From an uncultured bacterium (lineage in GTDB: Bacteria; Patescibacteriota; Minisyncoccia; Phycocordibacterales; CAIRYW01): DNA of 64,000 bases. The first letter of the stretch is position 1, and every line of letters begins with the position of its first letter. The stretch is taken from positions 22,014 to 86,013 of the forward strand of contig CAVYBO010000002.1 in the NCBI GenBank assembly GCA_963766885.1, given 5' to 3'. Of this stretch, positions 27,191-36,585 are shown one piece after another. The notes below the pieces were generated by a model. The model saw only the letters and a list, made by a program, of their open reading frames with translations. It did no database searches and had not been told where the DNA came from. Position numbers and translations under genes: made by a program.

Positions 27191-27340
27191 ATCATTTTTT
27201 TGATGTAGGTGCCGAAGTATGCAAGTTTGCCTGCAGACACTAGCTAGTTTGCATATACTCCTCGACGGAAAATAAAATACTATATTTAATTATTTTGTCA
27301 ATAGTTATGAAAGTTTGAATCCAGTTTATAATTCTCGACT

Positions 27341-28024
27341 ATGAAGGCGGTTATATTTGCAGCAGGAAAGGGCACCAGAATGGGCGATTTGAGCCTGGAA
27401 ACCCCAAAACCGATGCTCAAGGTGTTGGGGAAGACTCTTTTGGAGCACAAACTTGATATGCTACCTGAATCAATTGACGAGGTGATCATTGTTATTGGAC
27501 ATTTGAAAAATATAGTCACAGATTTTTTGGGTGATTCTTATGGAAACAGAAAAATCACTTACGTCGTCCAAGAAGAACTTTTGGGCACAGCGCACTGCTT
27601 GTTTTTGTGCAAAGAGATTATGAAAAATGAGAAAAAATTTTTGGTAATGATGGGAGACGACATTTATTGTAGGGAAGATATGGAAGAGTGCTTAAAATAT
27701 GATTGGTCGATTCTGGTTCGAGAATCAGATTCTGTTTTGGACAAAGCCAAAGTTATTTTTGATTCAAAAGGACATATTACTGATATTCTTGAAAAATATA
27801 ATGTTGATGAAAAAGGATTTATCTGCGCCGGAATGTATTCTTTGACTCCAAAAATATTTGATTACAAAATGGTGCAGTTTGCCGGCGGAGAATACGGATT
27901 GCCTCAGACAATTCTTTCTGCAAGGAATGACGTTAATATCAAAGCTGTTCAATCGCGCTTTTGGCTTCAAATCACGGCCCCTGAAGATCTAAAAATGGCC
28001 GAGACTTTTCTTTCTATCGAGTAA
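27341..28024 (+). CDS. sugar-phosphate nucleotidyltransferase (NTP_transferase family)
   Basis: 227 aa; MKAVIFAAGKGTRMG...P(K)PML signature of G1P/M1P nucleotidyltransferases. Confidence 0.75.
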   Translation: MKAVIFAAGKGTRMGDLSLETPKPMLKVLGKTLLEHKLDMLPESIDEVIIVIGHLKNIVTDFLGDSYGNRKITYVVQEELLGTAHCLFLCKEIMKNEKKFLVMMGDDIYCREDMEECLKYDWSILVRESDSVLDKAKVIFDSKGHITDILEKYNVDEKGFICAGMYSLTPKIFDYKMVQFAGGEYGLPQTILSARNDVNIKAVQSRFWLQITAPEDLKMAETFLSIE

Positions 28025-29432
28025 TTTCTTGACCGTTTGGGGTGTCTTTGATTTCAAATCCAAGAGATTTTATTTTGTTTCTGATTTCATCTGACTTTTT
28101 AAAATCTTTATCTTCTTTGGCGAGTTTTCTTTCTTCAAGAAGATTCTTAATCTCTTCGGTGATTTCAATTTCTTGTTTTTTAGCAGACGCCAATCCAAGC
28201 CCAAGAACTTTATCAAATTCCAAAATTGTGGATTTTTTATCAGCATCAGAAATTTTAGAATCTTTTATCAAATCCCACATAATTGCAATTGCTTTTGGAG
28301 TTTCCAAGTCGTCATTTACAGCTTCAATAAATTTATCAAAATATTTTGTATTAATTTTTCCAACACTATTTATTTCCAAAACAAAATTCAAAAGTTTTTT
28401 GTATGCGTTTTGTGCAGCTTCTATTGCTTCCAATGAATAATCAACACGCGTGGAATATTTGGAAGTCAAAAGCCAGTAGCGGTAGGCTAGGGGACTGATA
28501 CCTTTTTCTTTGAGAGTTTGCAAAGTAATAAAATTTTCTCCGCTCTTGGCCATCTTGCTTTCTTTGTTGTCTTGCTTGATTGTCAGGTGGTTGCTATGAA
28601 TCCAGTAGTTTGCCAAAAGTTCGCCTGTTAGAGCCTCAGACTGGGCGATTTCGTTGTTGTGGTGCACTGGAATATGATCCACTCCGCCCGTGTGGATATC
28701 AAAGTGATTTCCCAAATATTCCATAGCCATTGCAGAACATTCGATATGCCAACCAGGGAAGCCTTTGCCTAAAGCTGAGTCAAAACCGATTCCGTTATTA
28801 TCGGCAAATTTCCAAAGTGCAAAGTCGCGTGGACTTTTTTTCTCACTATTTACTCCAATGCGAGATTCCATTTCTGAATCTGCGCCGCCAAGCATCCCAT
28901 AATCTGGAAGTTTTTTTGTATCAAAATAAATTCCATCAGAAGTTGGATAAGCAAATCCTTTTTTAACGAGCTCTGCTACAAAATCAGATTCTTCTTTGAT
29001 GTGCTCGCTTGCAACAACATATTTTTCTGGAGTGATAATATTTATCTCTTCAAAATCTTTTTGGAATGCTTTTGTATAAATTTCCGCAACTTCTTTTAAT
29101 CCATCAAGTGTGAATGGTTTGTTTTCACGCTTCAAAGCTTTGACCATTTTGTCTTCACCCTCGTCTGCGTCACTCGTCAAATGCCCGATGTCTGTAATGT
29201 TTATGATGTGCTCAACTTTGAGATTATTTATTTCCAAAACTCTTTTGATAGTGTCGGCAAAAACGTATGCGCGAAGGTTGCCAATATGAAGATAATTGTA
29301 GACAGTTGGCCCGCAAGTATACATTTTTGCAACACCATTTTTGATAGGTTTAAATTGCTCCTTTTTGCGGCCAAGAGTGTTAAAAAGATAAATTTTAGGC
29401 AGAGTTTTTTTCTTGTTTTTCTGAAAAAACAT
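28014..29432 (-). CDS. cysS: cysteinyl-tRNA synthetase
   Basis: 472 aa; HIGN (HIGH), KMAKSGENF (KMSKS), Cys-binding motifs. Confidence 0.9.
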   Translation of the reverse strand: MFFQKNKKKTLPKIYLFNTLGRKKEQFKPIKNGVAKMYTCGPTVYNYLHIGNLRAYVFADTIKRVLEINNLKVEHIINITDIGHLTSDADEGEDKMVKALKRENKPFTLDGLKEVAEIYTKAFQKDFEEINIITPEKYVVASEHIKEESDFVAELVKKGFAYPTSDGIYFDTKKLPDYGMLGGADSEMESRIGVNSEKKSPRDFALWKFADNNGIGFDSALGKGFPGWHIECSAMAMEYLGNHFDIHTGGVDHIPVHHNNEIAQSEALTGELLANYWIHSNHLTIKQDNKESKMAKSGENFITLQTLKEKGISPLAYRYWLLTSKYSTRVDYSLEAIEAAQNAYKKLLNFVLEINSVGKINTKYFDKFIEAVNDDLETPKAIAIMWDLIKDSKISDADKKSTILEFDKVLGLGLASAKKQEIEITEEIKNLLEERKLAKEDKDFKKSDEIRNKIKSLGFEIKDTPNGQEITR

Positions 29433-29545
29433 AGCTGTAATTATATCTTGTTTTTTGGCGTTTTGCCTGTAATATTGCTTTAGCTAATTCGGATGAATCG
29501 GCTACCGCGCACTATGCGCTTTCAGAAAAACCAAGAAACTGTTCT

Positions 29546-30262
29546 ATGAATAAAATTGACGAAAGGCTGATAATCGGTCTGGATGTCCCAACTGTGGGGA
29601 AAGCACTCCACATCATTGACCAACTGGGCGACACGCCTTGGGGGTACAAGATCGGACCTGAAATGGTGCTGACGCAAGAACTGGAAACTCTTACTCGCGC
29701 AATTAAAAACGTGCGAGCGCGGATTTTCCTGGATAACAAGTGGGCCAATACTCCTGATGTGACGGCGGCGTGCGTTAAGCGCGCCGGCGACTGGGGTTTT
29801 GACATGTGCAACATTATGCTCGATGGTACTGGGCCGGAGATGATTGAGAAGTCTGCCGAATCTGCCGCTTCTTATCCCGAGATGATGCTTCTTGGAGTCA
29901 CTGTGCTGACAACGCGTGATGATAACTCACTCAAGGCAACGGGGGTTTCTGATGGCCGCGAGGCACAAGTGATTCGGCTTGCGGGGCTTGCAAAGAACTC
30001 GGGCATTAATGTTCTTGTTGCAAGCTCAAACGAAATCGTTCCTCTGAGGGGGGAGAAGTTCGGCAATTTCTTCGGTCTTGTTGTACCGGGCACTCGTTCG
30101 GCTGGCGCAGATGCGAAGGATCAAAAGAACATTACTTTGCCTGCGGTGGCGCTTCAGCGTGGAGCAAATTGGCTTGTAATTGCAAGCCAGGTTGTAAAAG
30201 CCGAAAACCCCAAGCAGGCTTACGACGATCTTGTGGCTGAAATTCAAGAAGCCTGTCTCTAA
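29546..30262 (+). CDS. pyrF: orotidine-5'-phosphate decarboxylase, GC-rich
   Basis: 238 aa; LIIGLDVP..., KIGPEM, DNKWANTP motifs of OMP decarboxylase; GC about 52%. Confidence 0.75.
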   Translation: MNKIDERLIIGLDVPTVGKALHIIDQLGDTPWGYKIGPEMVLTQELETLTRAIKNVRARIFLDNKWANTPDVTAACVKRAGDWGFDMCNIMLDGTGPEMIEKSAESAASYPEMMLLGVTVLTTRDDNSLKATGVSDGREAQVIRLAGLAKNSGINVLVASSNEIVPLRGEKFGNFFGLVVPGTRSAGADAKDQKNITLPAVALQRGANWLVIASQVVKAENPKQAYDDLVAEIQEACL

Positions 30263-30280
30263 ATTTCGTACAGCTTTTAA

Positions 30281-30310
30281 GCACCCAAACCTGGGTGCAA
30301 TTTTTATTTT
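30281..30310 (+). terminator. intrinsic terminator after pyrF
   Basis: gcacccaaacctgggtgc hairpin plus aatttttatttt. Confidence 0.6.
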
Positions 30311-30336
30311 ACATATTTTAAATTTGTGTTAGTTTA

Positions 30337-31035
30337 ATGGCAGGGAATAAGAGGGCAGAACATTTCAGAAAACAATCAAAAGAAGAAATCCTAATGCACA
30401 ATAATCAGAAAGGGTGGATTGAAAATTTCACCCAAATGGGCGCTTTTTGGCGTCATGACGGAAATCCGAAGCGGCCTCACGCGCTTCTTACAAAAGGCGG
30501 TCACAGCAACGGCTTCTTCAATGGCAATGTTGTTGTGGAGAATCCGGTCTGTCTGGATTCTGTGGCTTACGACATCACAAGGAAATGTGACTCATCCGTG
30601 GTCATCGATCGCGTTGTTGGTCCCGCAATGGGCGCCATCAAACTTGCTCATGATCTGGGCAGGAACCTGAAGGCCCTCGGCGGCTTTATGGTCAAAAAAG
30701 TCAGCGACGACAAAGGGGTTCTCTGGGTGCCGGATCGATTTCATCCGCTTCCTGCGGAGCGAATCGCGCCTTGCGAAGATACAATTACTACCGGCGGAAG
30801 CATTCTGGGGATGATTGAAGCCCTCGAAAGATTGGGGGCCGAAGTGCTTCCTTTCATCTTCGCCATTGTCAATCGCTCCGGTTTGACCGAAGTTAATGGC
30901 CGCGAGATCATCGCGCTCATCAACTGCCCGATGGACAACTGGAAGCCAGACGAATATCCGCTCTGCGCCGAAGGTTCACAGGCCATCCGGCCTAAGGAAG
31001 ACGACAACTGGTCGCTTCTGACCGCAGAGTACTAG
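30337..31035 (+). CDS. pyrE: type I phosphoribosyltransferase, probably orotate phosphoribosyltransferase (PyrE), GC-rich
   Basis: PRPP-binding motif LWVPDRF...CEDTITTGGSI; adjacent to pyrF; GC about 52%. Confidence 0.55.
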   Translation: MAGNKRAEHFRKQSKEEILMHNNQKGWIENFTQMGAFWRHDGNPKRPHALLTKGGHSNGFFNGNVVVENPVCLDSVAYDITRKCDSSVVIDRVVGPAMGAIKLAHDLGRNLKALGGFMVKKVSDDKGVLWVPDRFHPLPAERIAPCEDTITTGGSILGMIEALERLGAEVLPFIFAIVNRSGLTEVNGREIIALINCPMDNWKPDEYPLCAEGSQAIRPKEDDNWSLLTAEY

Positions 31036-31053
31036 TACCTTGTACAAGCAAAA

Positions 31054-31084
31054 GAGACGTTTCAAACCGTCTCAATTTTTTTAT
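31054..31084 (+). terminator. intrinsic terminator after pyrE
   Basis: gagacgtttcaaaccgtctc hairpin plus aatttttttat. Confidence 0.6.
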
Positions 31085-31138
31085 AATATTTTTTTATTTT
31101 CTTGCTCAAAATCGCTATATTTGAGATAATAGCAATCT

Positions 31139-32383
31139 ATGAATTACAAACTTTGGGGCAAAAGAGTCGGTATCGGCGTTGTATCTGTTTTCCTTTTAAC
31201 CACAGCTTTTTTTGCAGGACTTTACACTGATGCACAACTTACTAGTAACGTTTCAACCGGAACGCCATCTTCTGTAATCAATCAAACTGTTGGGCAACCT
31301 TCAACTGCGGATTTCACTACATTTTGGAAAGTTTGGCAGCTTCTTGATCAAAATTTTGTTTATACCGGCACTTCAACTGCCACAACAACTTCCCAAGACA
31401 GGGAGTACGGGGCCATTCAAGGAATGGTGGCATCGCTTGGCGATCCGTATACTGAATTTTTCCCTCCCGAAGAAAATAAAGATTTCCAAACTGAACTTTC
31501 CGGAAGTGTCAGCGGAGTAGGAGTTGAAGTGGGTATTAAAAATAATTTAATCACTGTCATTGCTCCTGTAAAAGGTTCTCCTGCTGATTTGGCTGGAGTA
31601 AAGGCCGGAGATGAAATTGTTGGAGTAAACAGTAAAGATGTTACATCACTGAGCGCTGATGATGTTGTTAATCTGATTCGCGGTCCTGCAGGCACGCAAG
31701 TTTCTATAACTGTAAGCAGGAATGGCAGCGATGTTACATTGAATATGACAAGAGAGGAGATAACTGTTCCATCAGTAGAAACACAAAAAATCAGCAACGG
31801 CATCCTTCTTATCACCGTAAACGAATTTGATGTCGATGTGGCAGATCAGTTTAGAGATGCTTTGCGAGAATTTGTTTCCGGAGGGTATGACAAGATGATT
31901 ATTGATGTCCGAGACAATCCCGGCGGCTATCTTGACGGAGCGGTGGATATGGCAAGCTGGTTTGTACCGATTGCCAAAACTATTGTTACTGAAGATTTCG
32001 GCAATAGCTCCGGCAAGCAGCCGATTGTTCACAGAAGCTATGGCTACGGACCTATTGTTTCAAATGGAAACGTTGTGGTGCTTGTAAACGGCGGCAGCGC
32101 TTCTGCTTCAGAAATTTTTGCCGCAGCTCTTCAGGAATATGGAATTGCAAAGCTTGTCGGCGAGCAGACTTTTGGCAAAGGATCAGTGCAAGAATTGATC
32201 CCAGTTACAAGTGATACATCTCTAAAGGTTACAATTGCTCGCTGGCTTACCCCAACAGGAGAATCAATATCGGAAAAAGGTCTTACACCTGATTTTGTGA
32301 TACCTTTTACAGAAGCAGAAGCTGCATCAGGAACAGATCCGCAGCTTCAAAAAGCTGAAGATATATTAAACGGAAGTAATTAA
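31139..32383 (+). CDS. ctpA: carboxyl-terminal processing protease (S41) with PDZ domain
   Basis: 414 aa; signal/TM, PDZ (GSPADLAGVKAGDEIVGVN), S41 core VVLVNGGSASASEIFAAALQ...GKGSVQ. Confidence 0.85.
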   Translation: MNYKLWGKRVGIGVVSVFLLTTAFFAGLYTDAQLTSNVSTGTPSSVINQTVGQPSTADFTTFWKVWQLLDQNFVYTGTSTATTTSQDREYGAIQGMVASLGDPYTEFFPPEENKDFQTELSGSVSGVGVEVGIKNNLITVIAPVKGSPADLAGVKAGDEIVGVNSKDVTSLSADDVVNLIRGPAGTQVSITVSRNGSDVTLNMTREEITVPSVETQKISNGILLITVNEFDVDVADQFRDALREFVSGGYDKMIIDVRDNPGGYLDGAVDMASWFVPIAKTIVTEDFGNSSGKQPIVHRSYGYGPIVSNGNVVVLVNGGSASASEIFAAALQEYGIAKLVGEQTFGKGSVQELIPVTSDTSLKVTIARWLTPTGESISEKGLTPDFVIPFTEAEAASGTDPQLQKAEDILNGSN

Positions 32384-32404
32384 CAGAAAATAATAAAAAC
32401 CAAA

Positions 32405-32848
32405 ATGAAGGTCATACTACTCAAAGACATACCAAAGCTCGGCAGGAAATTTGAAATCAAAGATGTGGCAGAAGGCTATGCTCTTAATTCTCTTATCCCA
32501 AAAGGCGAGGTCAAAAATGCTACACCAAACGCGCTTAAGGAATTAGAGACAATGAGGAAACAGCAGGAAACCGAACTCAAGATTCAAGAAGAACTTCTGG
32601 CCAAAAACTTGGATGAAGTAGACGGCAAGACTGTGGAAATTTCACTTCAGGCCAACAAACAAGGACATCTTTTTGCGGGACTCCACACGGAAGAAATTTC
32701 TCAGTTTATCAAAAAATCAACTCACGCGGATATACTGCCGGCATTTATCCATTTGGAAAAACCGATTAAGGAAACTGGAGATCACAAAATAGAAATCAAA
32801 GCTGGCGGCAAAACCGCCACTCTCACGCTTTCAATAAGCGGAAAGTAA
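32405..32848 (+). CDS. rplI: 50S ribosomal protein L9
   Basis: MKVILLKDIPKLGRKFEIKDVAEGYALNSLIPKG. Confidence 0.85.
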   Translation: MKVILLKDIPKLGRKFEIKDVAEGYALNSLIPKGEVKNATPNALKELETMRKQQETELKIQEELLAKNLDEVDGKTVEISLQANKQGHLFAGLHTEEISQFIKKSTHADILPAFIHLEKPIKETGDHKIEIKAGGKTATLTLSISGK

Positions 32849-32850
32849 AT

Positions 32851-33123
32851 TTAAGCGACGCTGACCATTTTGCGGACAGAGAATGTACCGTCAAAATTCT
32901 TCTTTCTTTTTTGAGAGAATGCCACAATTCCTGCTTTAAGAGCAAATAATGTGTGATCCTTGCCCATTCCGATGTTCTTTCCAGCAAGGACTGTTGTGCC
33001 CCTTTGGCGAACAATAATACTACCTGCTTTTGCTGTTTGGCCAGCAAAGAGCTTAATACCAAGGTATTTTGGGTTTGAATCTGTCAGGTTTTTGGCTGTT
33101 CCGCCGGCTTTTTTATGTGCCAT
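32851..33123 (-). CDS. rpmA: 50S ribosomal protein L27
   Basis: [29 protein letters not shown]...[10 protein letters not shown]. Confidence 0.9.
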   Translation of the reverse strand: MAHKKAGGTAKNLTDSNPKYLGIKLFAGQTAKAGSIIVRQRGTTVLAGKNIGMGKDHTLFALKAGIVAFSQKRKKNFDGTFSVRKMVSVA

Positions 33124-33158
33124 AGTGTTTTTCTGCTACAATATTATTAATTGAAGAT

Positions 33159-33584
33159 ATGCGAGAGATTATAAAAGATCGGAGCCAAAAAATCAAGTCC
33201 ACTGTTTCGAATTTTTTGGCTACCCATAAAGACAGTCTTGAACAGGTATTCCTGTCGGCTATTGTCGTGTTTGTAGCCTTATCGTCATTTGAGCTCGGCC
33301 GGTTTTCTATAAAAGGTTCTTTAGGTAATGATGGAAGTCCTGCTACTGCGAAGGTAAGTCAGACAGCTGGGGTCGGGAATTACTCCAAAAGTACTTATAC
33401 TTCCTCAAATTCCAAACCCGCTACCGGATCACTTTTTGTTGCTTCCAAGAATGGCACTAAGTATTTTTTAACTTCTTGCTCTGGAGCTTCAAGGATTTCT
33501 TCCAAAAACAAGATATATTTCAATAGCGAAGCAGAAGCTAAAAGCAAAGGTTACTCCCGGGCTGGAAACTGCAGTTTTAACTAG
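33159..33584 (+). CDS. membrane-anchored hypothetical protein with a C-terminal Cys motif
   Basis: 141 aa; N-terminal TM; C-terminal KYFLTSCSGASRISSKNKIYFNSEAEAKSKGYSRAGNC resembles a small metal-binding module. Confidence 0.35.
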   Translation: MREIIKDRSQKIKSTVSNFLATHKDSLEQVFLSAIVVFVALSSFELGRFSIKGSLGNDGSPATAKVSQTAGVGNYSKSTYTSSNSKPATGSLFVASKNGTKYFLTSCSGASRISSKNKIYFNSEAEAKSKGYSRAGNCSFN

Positions 33585-33946
33585 TAATATTATGCAATAT
33601 ATATGCGTACGTTGTCAAATAGATATGTCAAAAATATGGCCTACAATAAGACTATATTTATCCACAGGCTTCAGTTTTTTTTCATTTTGTCATTGACTTT
33701 TCGGTTTAAATTTGATAGGATTGTAGATGACCAGTTAAGTGCTGGTCTTTTAATTTATTACGACTAGCGAGAGATGTCGCGAAAAAGCAGAATGTTTTTT
33801 CATGACAGCCGAGCGACGTCGTAGTAATGAAATTTTGTGCAACTATGTAGATTCCCCGCAAGGGGAATTCGGCTAAAGAGATAAGGACACATAGATTACA
33901 AACTAGGAAAAGGCTTATTATAGAAATCATAGCAGGGCTCAGTCTC

Positions 33947-34432
33947 TTGGCCTCAGGGCTCAAGCCTCAGACTGACGCCACAAACACGACAGCAAGCGTT
34001 GCACCTTCACAAATAGAAGTATCAATCTCAAATCAAACAACCGAAACAGCCAGTTCAACAGCGGCTTCATCATCTCCTGTAATGGAAGAAGATGAAGATC
34101 CTCTGCCGTCCAATAACGTCCAGGCTGAAGTGAACGAATACTTTAAAGATATTCCAGTGATGCAAGACATTGCATACTGCGAAAGTCGCGACAGACAGTT
34201 TGATGAACAGGGCTCAGTCTTTAGAGGAAAAGTAAATCACGATGATGTTGGTGTGATGCAAATCAATACCGATTATCATTTGGATAAAGCCGAAGCAATG
34301 GGTATAGACATATTTACGACAGAAGGAAATATGACATACGCCAGAGAATTGTTTGAAAAAGAGGGTACAGAGCCTTGGGATTCATCTTCTAAGTGTTGGA
34401 TACCAAGATCAAATCTTGTTGCAATGAAGTAA
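33947..34432 (+). CDS. lysozyme-like / lytic transglycosylase-like protein (TTG start, no signal peptide, S/T-rich N-terminus)
   Basis: IAYCESRDRQFDEQ...GVMQINTDYH matches the catalytic E-S ... G(L/V)MQ(I) signature of SLT/lysozyme-like folds. Confidence 0.45.
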   Translation: MASGLKPQTDATNTTASVAPSQIEVSISNQTTETASSTAASSSPVMEEDEDPLPSNNVQAEVNEYFKDIPVMQDIAYCESRDRQFDEQGSVFRGKVNHDDVGVMQINTDYHLDKAEAMGIDIFTTEGNMTYARELFEKEGTEPWDSSSKCWIPRSNLVAMK

Positions 34433-34451
34433 TATTAGAGAGAAATAATCA

Positions 34452-34490
34452 AATGACAAAACCCCGCCTTTCGGCGGGGTTTTGTCATTT
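34452..34490 (+). terminator. strong intrinsic terminator
   Basis: aatgacaaaaccccgcc-tttc-ggcggggttttgtcatt (17-bp stem) then T-rich. Confidence 0.7.
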
Positions 34491-34643
34491 GACAGAGTTA
34501 CGAAGCATTGAGCTGAAACAGGCTGTTTTAAGTAATTTAATTAGGGGAGTGCAGTTTTATATTTAAGGCTAAAGGCTCAATTATAATCACGTCGCACAAT
34601 ATATCTTTGGTAAAGTTAGATGAAATTAGCCAAAGCAACGAGT

Positions 34644-34892
34644 TTATTTACTTGTCACACTGATGCCTGCGGCCGTTGTACTTGATGTTTTGGTATCTCC
34701 GATAACGGTTGATCTGGAGGCTGTCTCCTTTTCTGTCATTTTAATTCCTTTTGATAAAGCCATATTTGCTGTAATAACTGATTGGCTGTAAATTTCAGAA
34801 AGTGTGCTTATTTTTCTATTTGCTTCAAAACCTGTCCATACTCCTATTGCGAATATTAATAAAATCGCTAGCAGTGAATTTATCTTGTTCAT
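34644..34892 (-). CDS. small secreted/membrane hypothetical protein
   Basis: 82 aa with N-terminal signal/TM (MNKINSLLAILLIFAIGVWTG). Confidence 0.35.
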   Translation of the reverse strand: MNKINSLLAILLIFAIGVWTGFEANRKISTLSEIYSQSVITANMALSKGIKMTEKETASRSTVIGDTKTSSTTAAGISVTSK

Positions 34893-34946
34893 AATTTTTC
34901 TTGAAATAATGCTTTTAATTTAGTGATTTTTCACGACGATGAAATT

Positions 34947-35192
34947 TTATTTTGTTTTTAACGTATTCAAATATTGCTGCGCTTTTGGTAAAAAGGATTG
35001 GATGTAGCCTATACATAGCATAATCACTTGCCACAAAAGCGAAAATATTTGTTTGACTATACTCCAGAGTTCCTGAACAACCTGGCTATGGATAATGTCG
35101 TTAAAACTGATATTAAAGCCGTATTTAAGGATAACTAGCGCAATGATGATTAAAATGATCAGCTGGATTATTCCTTTTTGTTTATTATGCAT
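34947..35192 (-). CDS. small membrane hypothetical protein
   Basis: 81 aa, two hydrophobic helices. Confidence 0.3.
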   Translation of the reverse strand: MHNKQKGIIQLIILIIIALVILKYGFNISFNDIIHSQVVQELWSIVKQIFSLLWQVIMLCIGYIQSFLPKAQQYLNTLKTK

Positions 35193-35217
35193 AAAAGTTT
35201 CCCATTAATTATACAGG

Positions 35218-36585
35218 CTATTTAATCAAATCAATAGCCAGTTTTACACGGTTTAAGGTTTCTTGTTTACCAAAGAATTCACTCAAGACAAAAGGATCTG
35301 GAGATTTTTCTTTGCCGGATAGGGCATATCTGTAAGCCCAAAGCACGATTCCCCTACCAGCCTCTGTTGCAAAATCCCAAACCGAAGATTTTATTTTTTC
35401 TACGCTAAAATCATTTTCATCAATACCAGAAATAATTTCTAAAGTTTTTTCTAAATATTTTTTTACATCAGATAAATTAGCTACTGAGCCTTTACGGAGT
35501 TTTTCTGGACAGAGTAAGTTGTCCTTATCAATTAAAGGCTTTTTAAAATAAAAATCCAACTCCCCTGTTTCATATAATTTATTTATATCTCCAAATTTAT
35601 CTATCCGTTCTTTTATTATCGGCACAAGTTTCGAAATATTTGGATTATTTTTCAATTCTTCAGGAAGCCGGAATTTTAGTTGTTTCATAATTTCATTATC
35701 ACTAAGTCTTTTTATATATTCTCGATTTAACCAATTTAATTTTTTAATATTGAATATAGCCCCACTTTTTTGCACTCTTGATAGATCAAAAGTTTCGATC
35801 AATTCATTTATACTCCAAATCTCCTTGTCTGTGCCGGGATTCCATCCAATGAGCGGCAGGCAGTTTATAACGGCATCAGCTAGATATCCGTCATCACGAC
35901 AATTTTTAATTGAAATTGCTCCGTTTCTTTTTGATAACTTTGACTTGTCTGGTGAAAGAACAAGTGGCACATGAGCGTATATTGGGGTAGGTGCGCTTAT
36001 GGCTTCTTGAATCAAAATATGCCGAGGTGTATTTGAAATATGATCTTCCCCTCTTATTATGTGTGTAATACCCATATCAAAATCGTCCACAACCACAGCC
36101 AGGTGAAATACAGGCTCCTCAATACTTCTGGCGATTATAAAGTCGCCAAGATCGCTTGTGTCCATTTCGATTGTACCTCTAATCAAATCTTCAAAACTTA
36201 TTTTTTTGTTTGGATTCTTGAATCTTATAACACTGTCTCTTTGCCCTGGTTCTTTCGGGATTTCTTTTGATACATAAGCTTTATTTTCAGCAATCAGTTT
36301 TTTGATAATTTCCTGATGTCTTTTTAAGTTTTGGCTTTGATAGACAATATTGTTAAAATTATCAGGAATAATTTTCATCCACTCCAAGCTCTCTATAATA
36401 TCTTTTGCGTATTCATCTTTGGAGCGGGCTTTGTCCGTATCTTCAATACGAAGCAAAAATTCTCCGCCACTTTGTCTAGCTATAAGATAGCAAAAAAGGG
36501 CTGTTCTGTAATTTCCAAGATGCAGAAATCCTGTTGGACTTGGTGCGAATCTGGTAATAACTTTTTCTGTATTACTGTCGCTCAT
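35218..36585 (-). CDS. gltX: glutamyl-tRNA synthetase
   Basis: 455 aa; HLGN (HIGH), KLSKRNGA (KMSKS). Confidence 0.9.
   Translation of the reverse strand: MSDSNTEKVITRFAPSPTGFLHLGNYRTALFCYLIARQSGGEFLLRIEDTDKARSKDEYAKDIIESLEWMKIIPDNFNNIVYQSQNLKRHQEIIKKLIAENKAYVSKEIPKEPGQRDSVIRFKNPNKKISFEDLIRGTIEMDTSDLGDFIIARSIEEPVFHLAVVVDDFDMGITHIIRGEDHISNTPRHILIQEAISAPTPIYAHVPLVLSPDKSKLSKRNGAISIKNCRDDGYLADAVINCLPLIGWNPGTDKEIWSINELIETFDLSRVQKSGAIFNIKKLNWLNREYIKRLSDNEIMKQLKFRLPEELKNNPNISKLVPIIKERIDKFGDINKLYETGELDFYFKKPLIDKDNLLCPEKLRKGSVANLSDVKKYLEKTLEIISGIDENDFSVEKIKSSVWDFATEAGRGIVLWAYRYALSGKEKSPDPFVLSEFFGKQETLNRVKLAIDLIK

Noticed and set aside
26853-27240. ORFs 26853..27191 (+), 26912..27187 (+), 27010..27240 (-) and 26630..26875 (-)
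   Set aside because: Cys/Arg/Ser/Pro-rich translations with no domain-like pattern, mutually overlapping in a GC-rich region bounded by a terminator; more consistent with non-coding structured RNA.
33706-33963. ORF 33706..33963 (-)
   Set aside because: Lies across the structured intergenic leader, with hydrophobic but low-complexity translation, no start context and no conservation signal; likely spurious.
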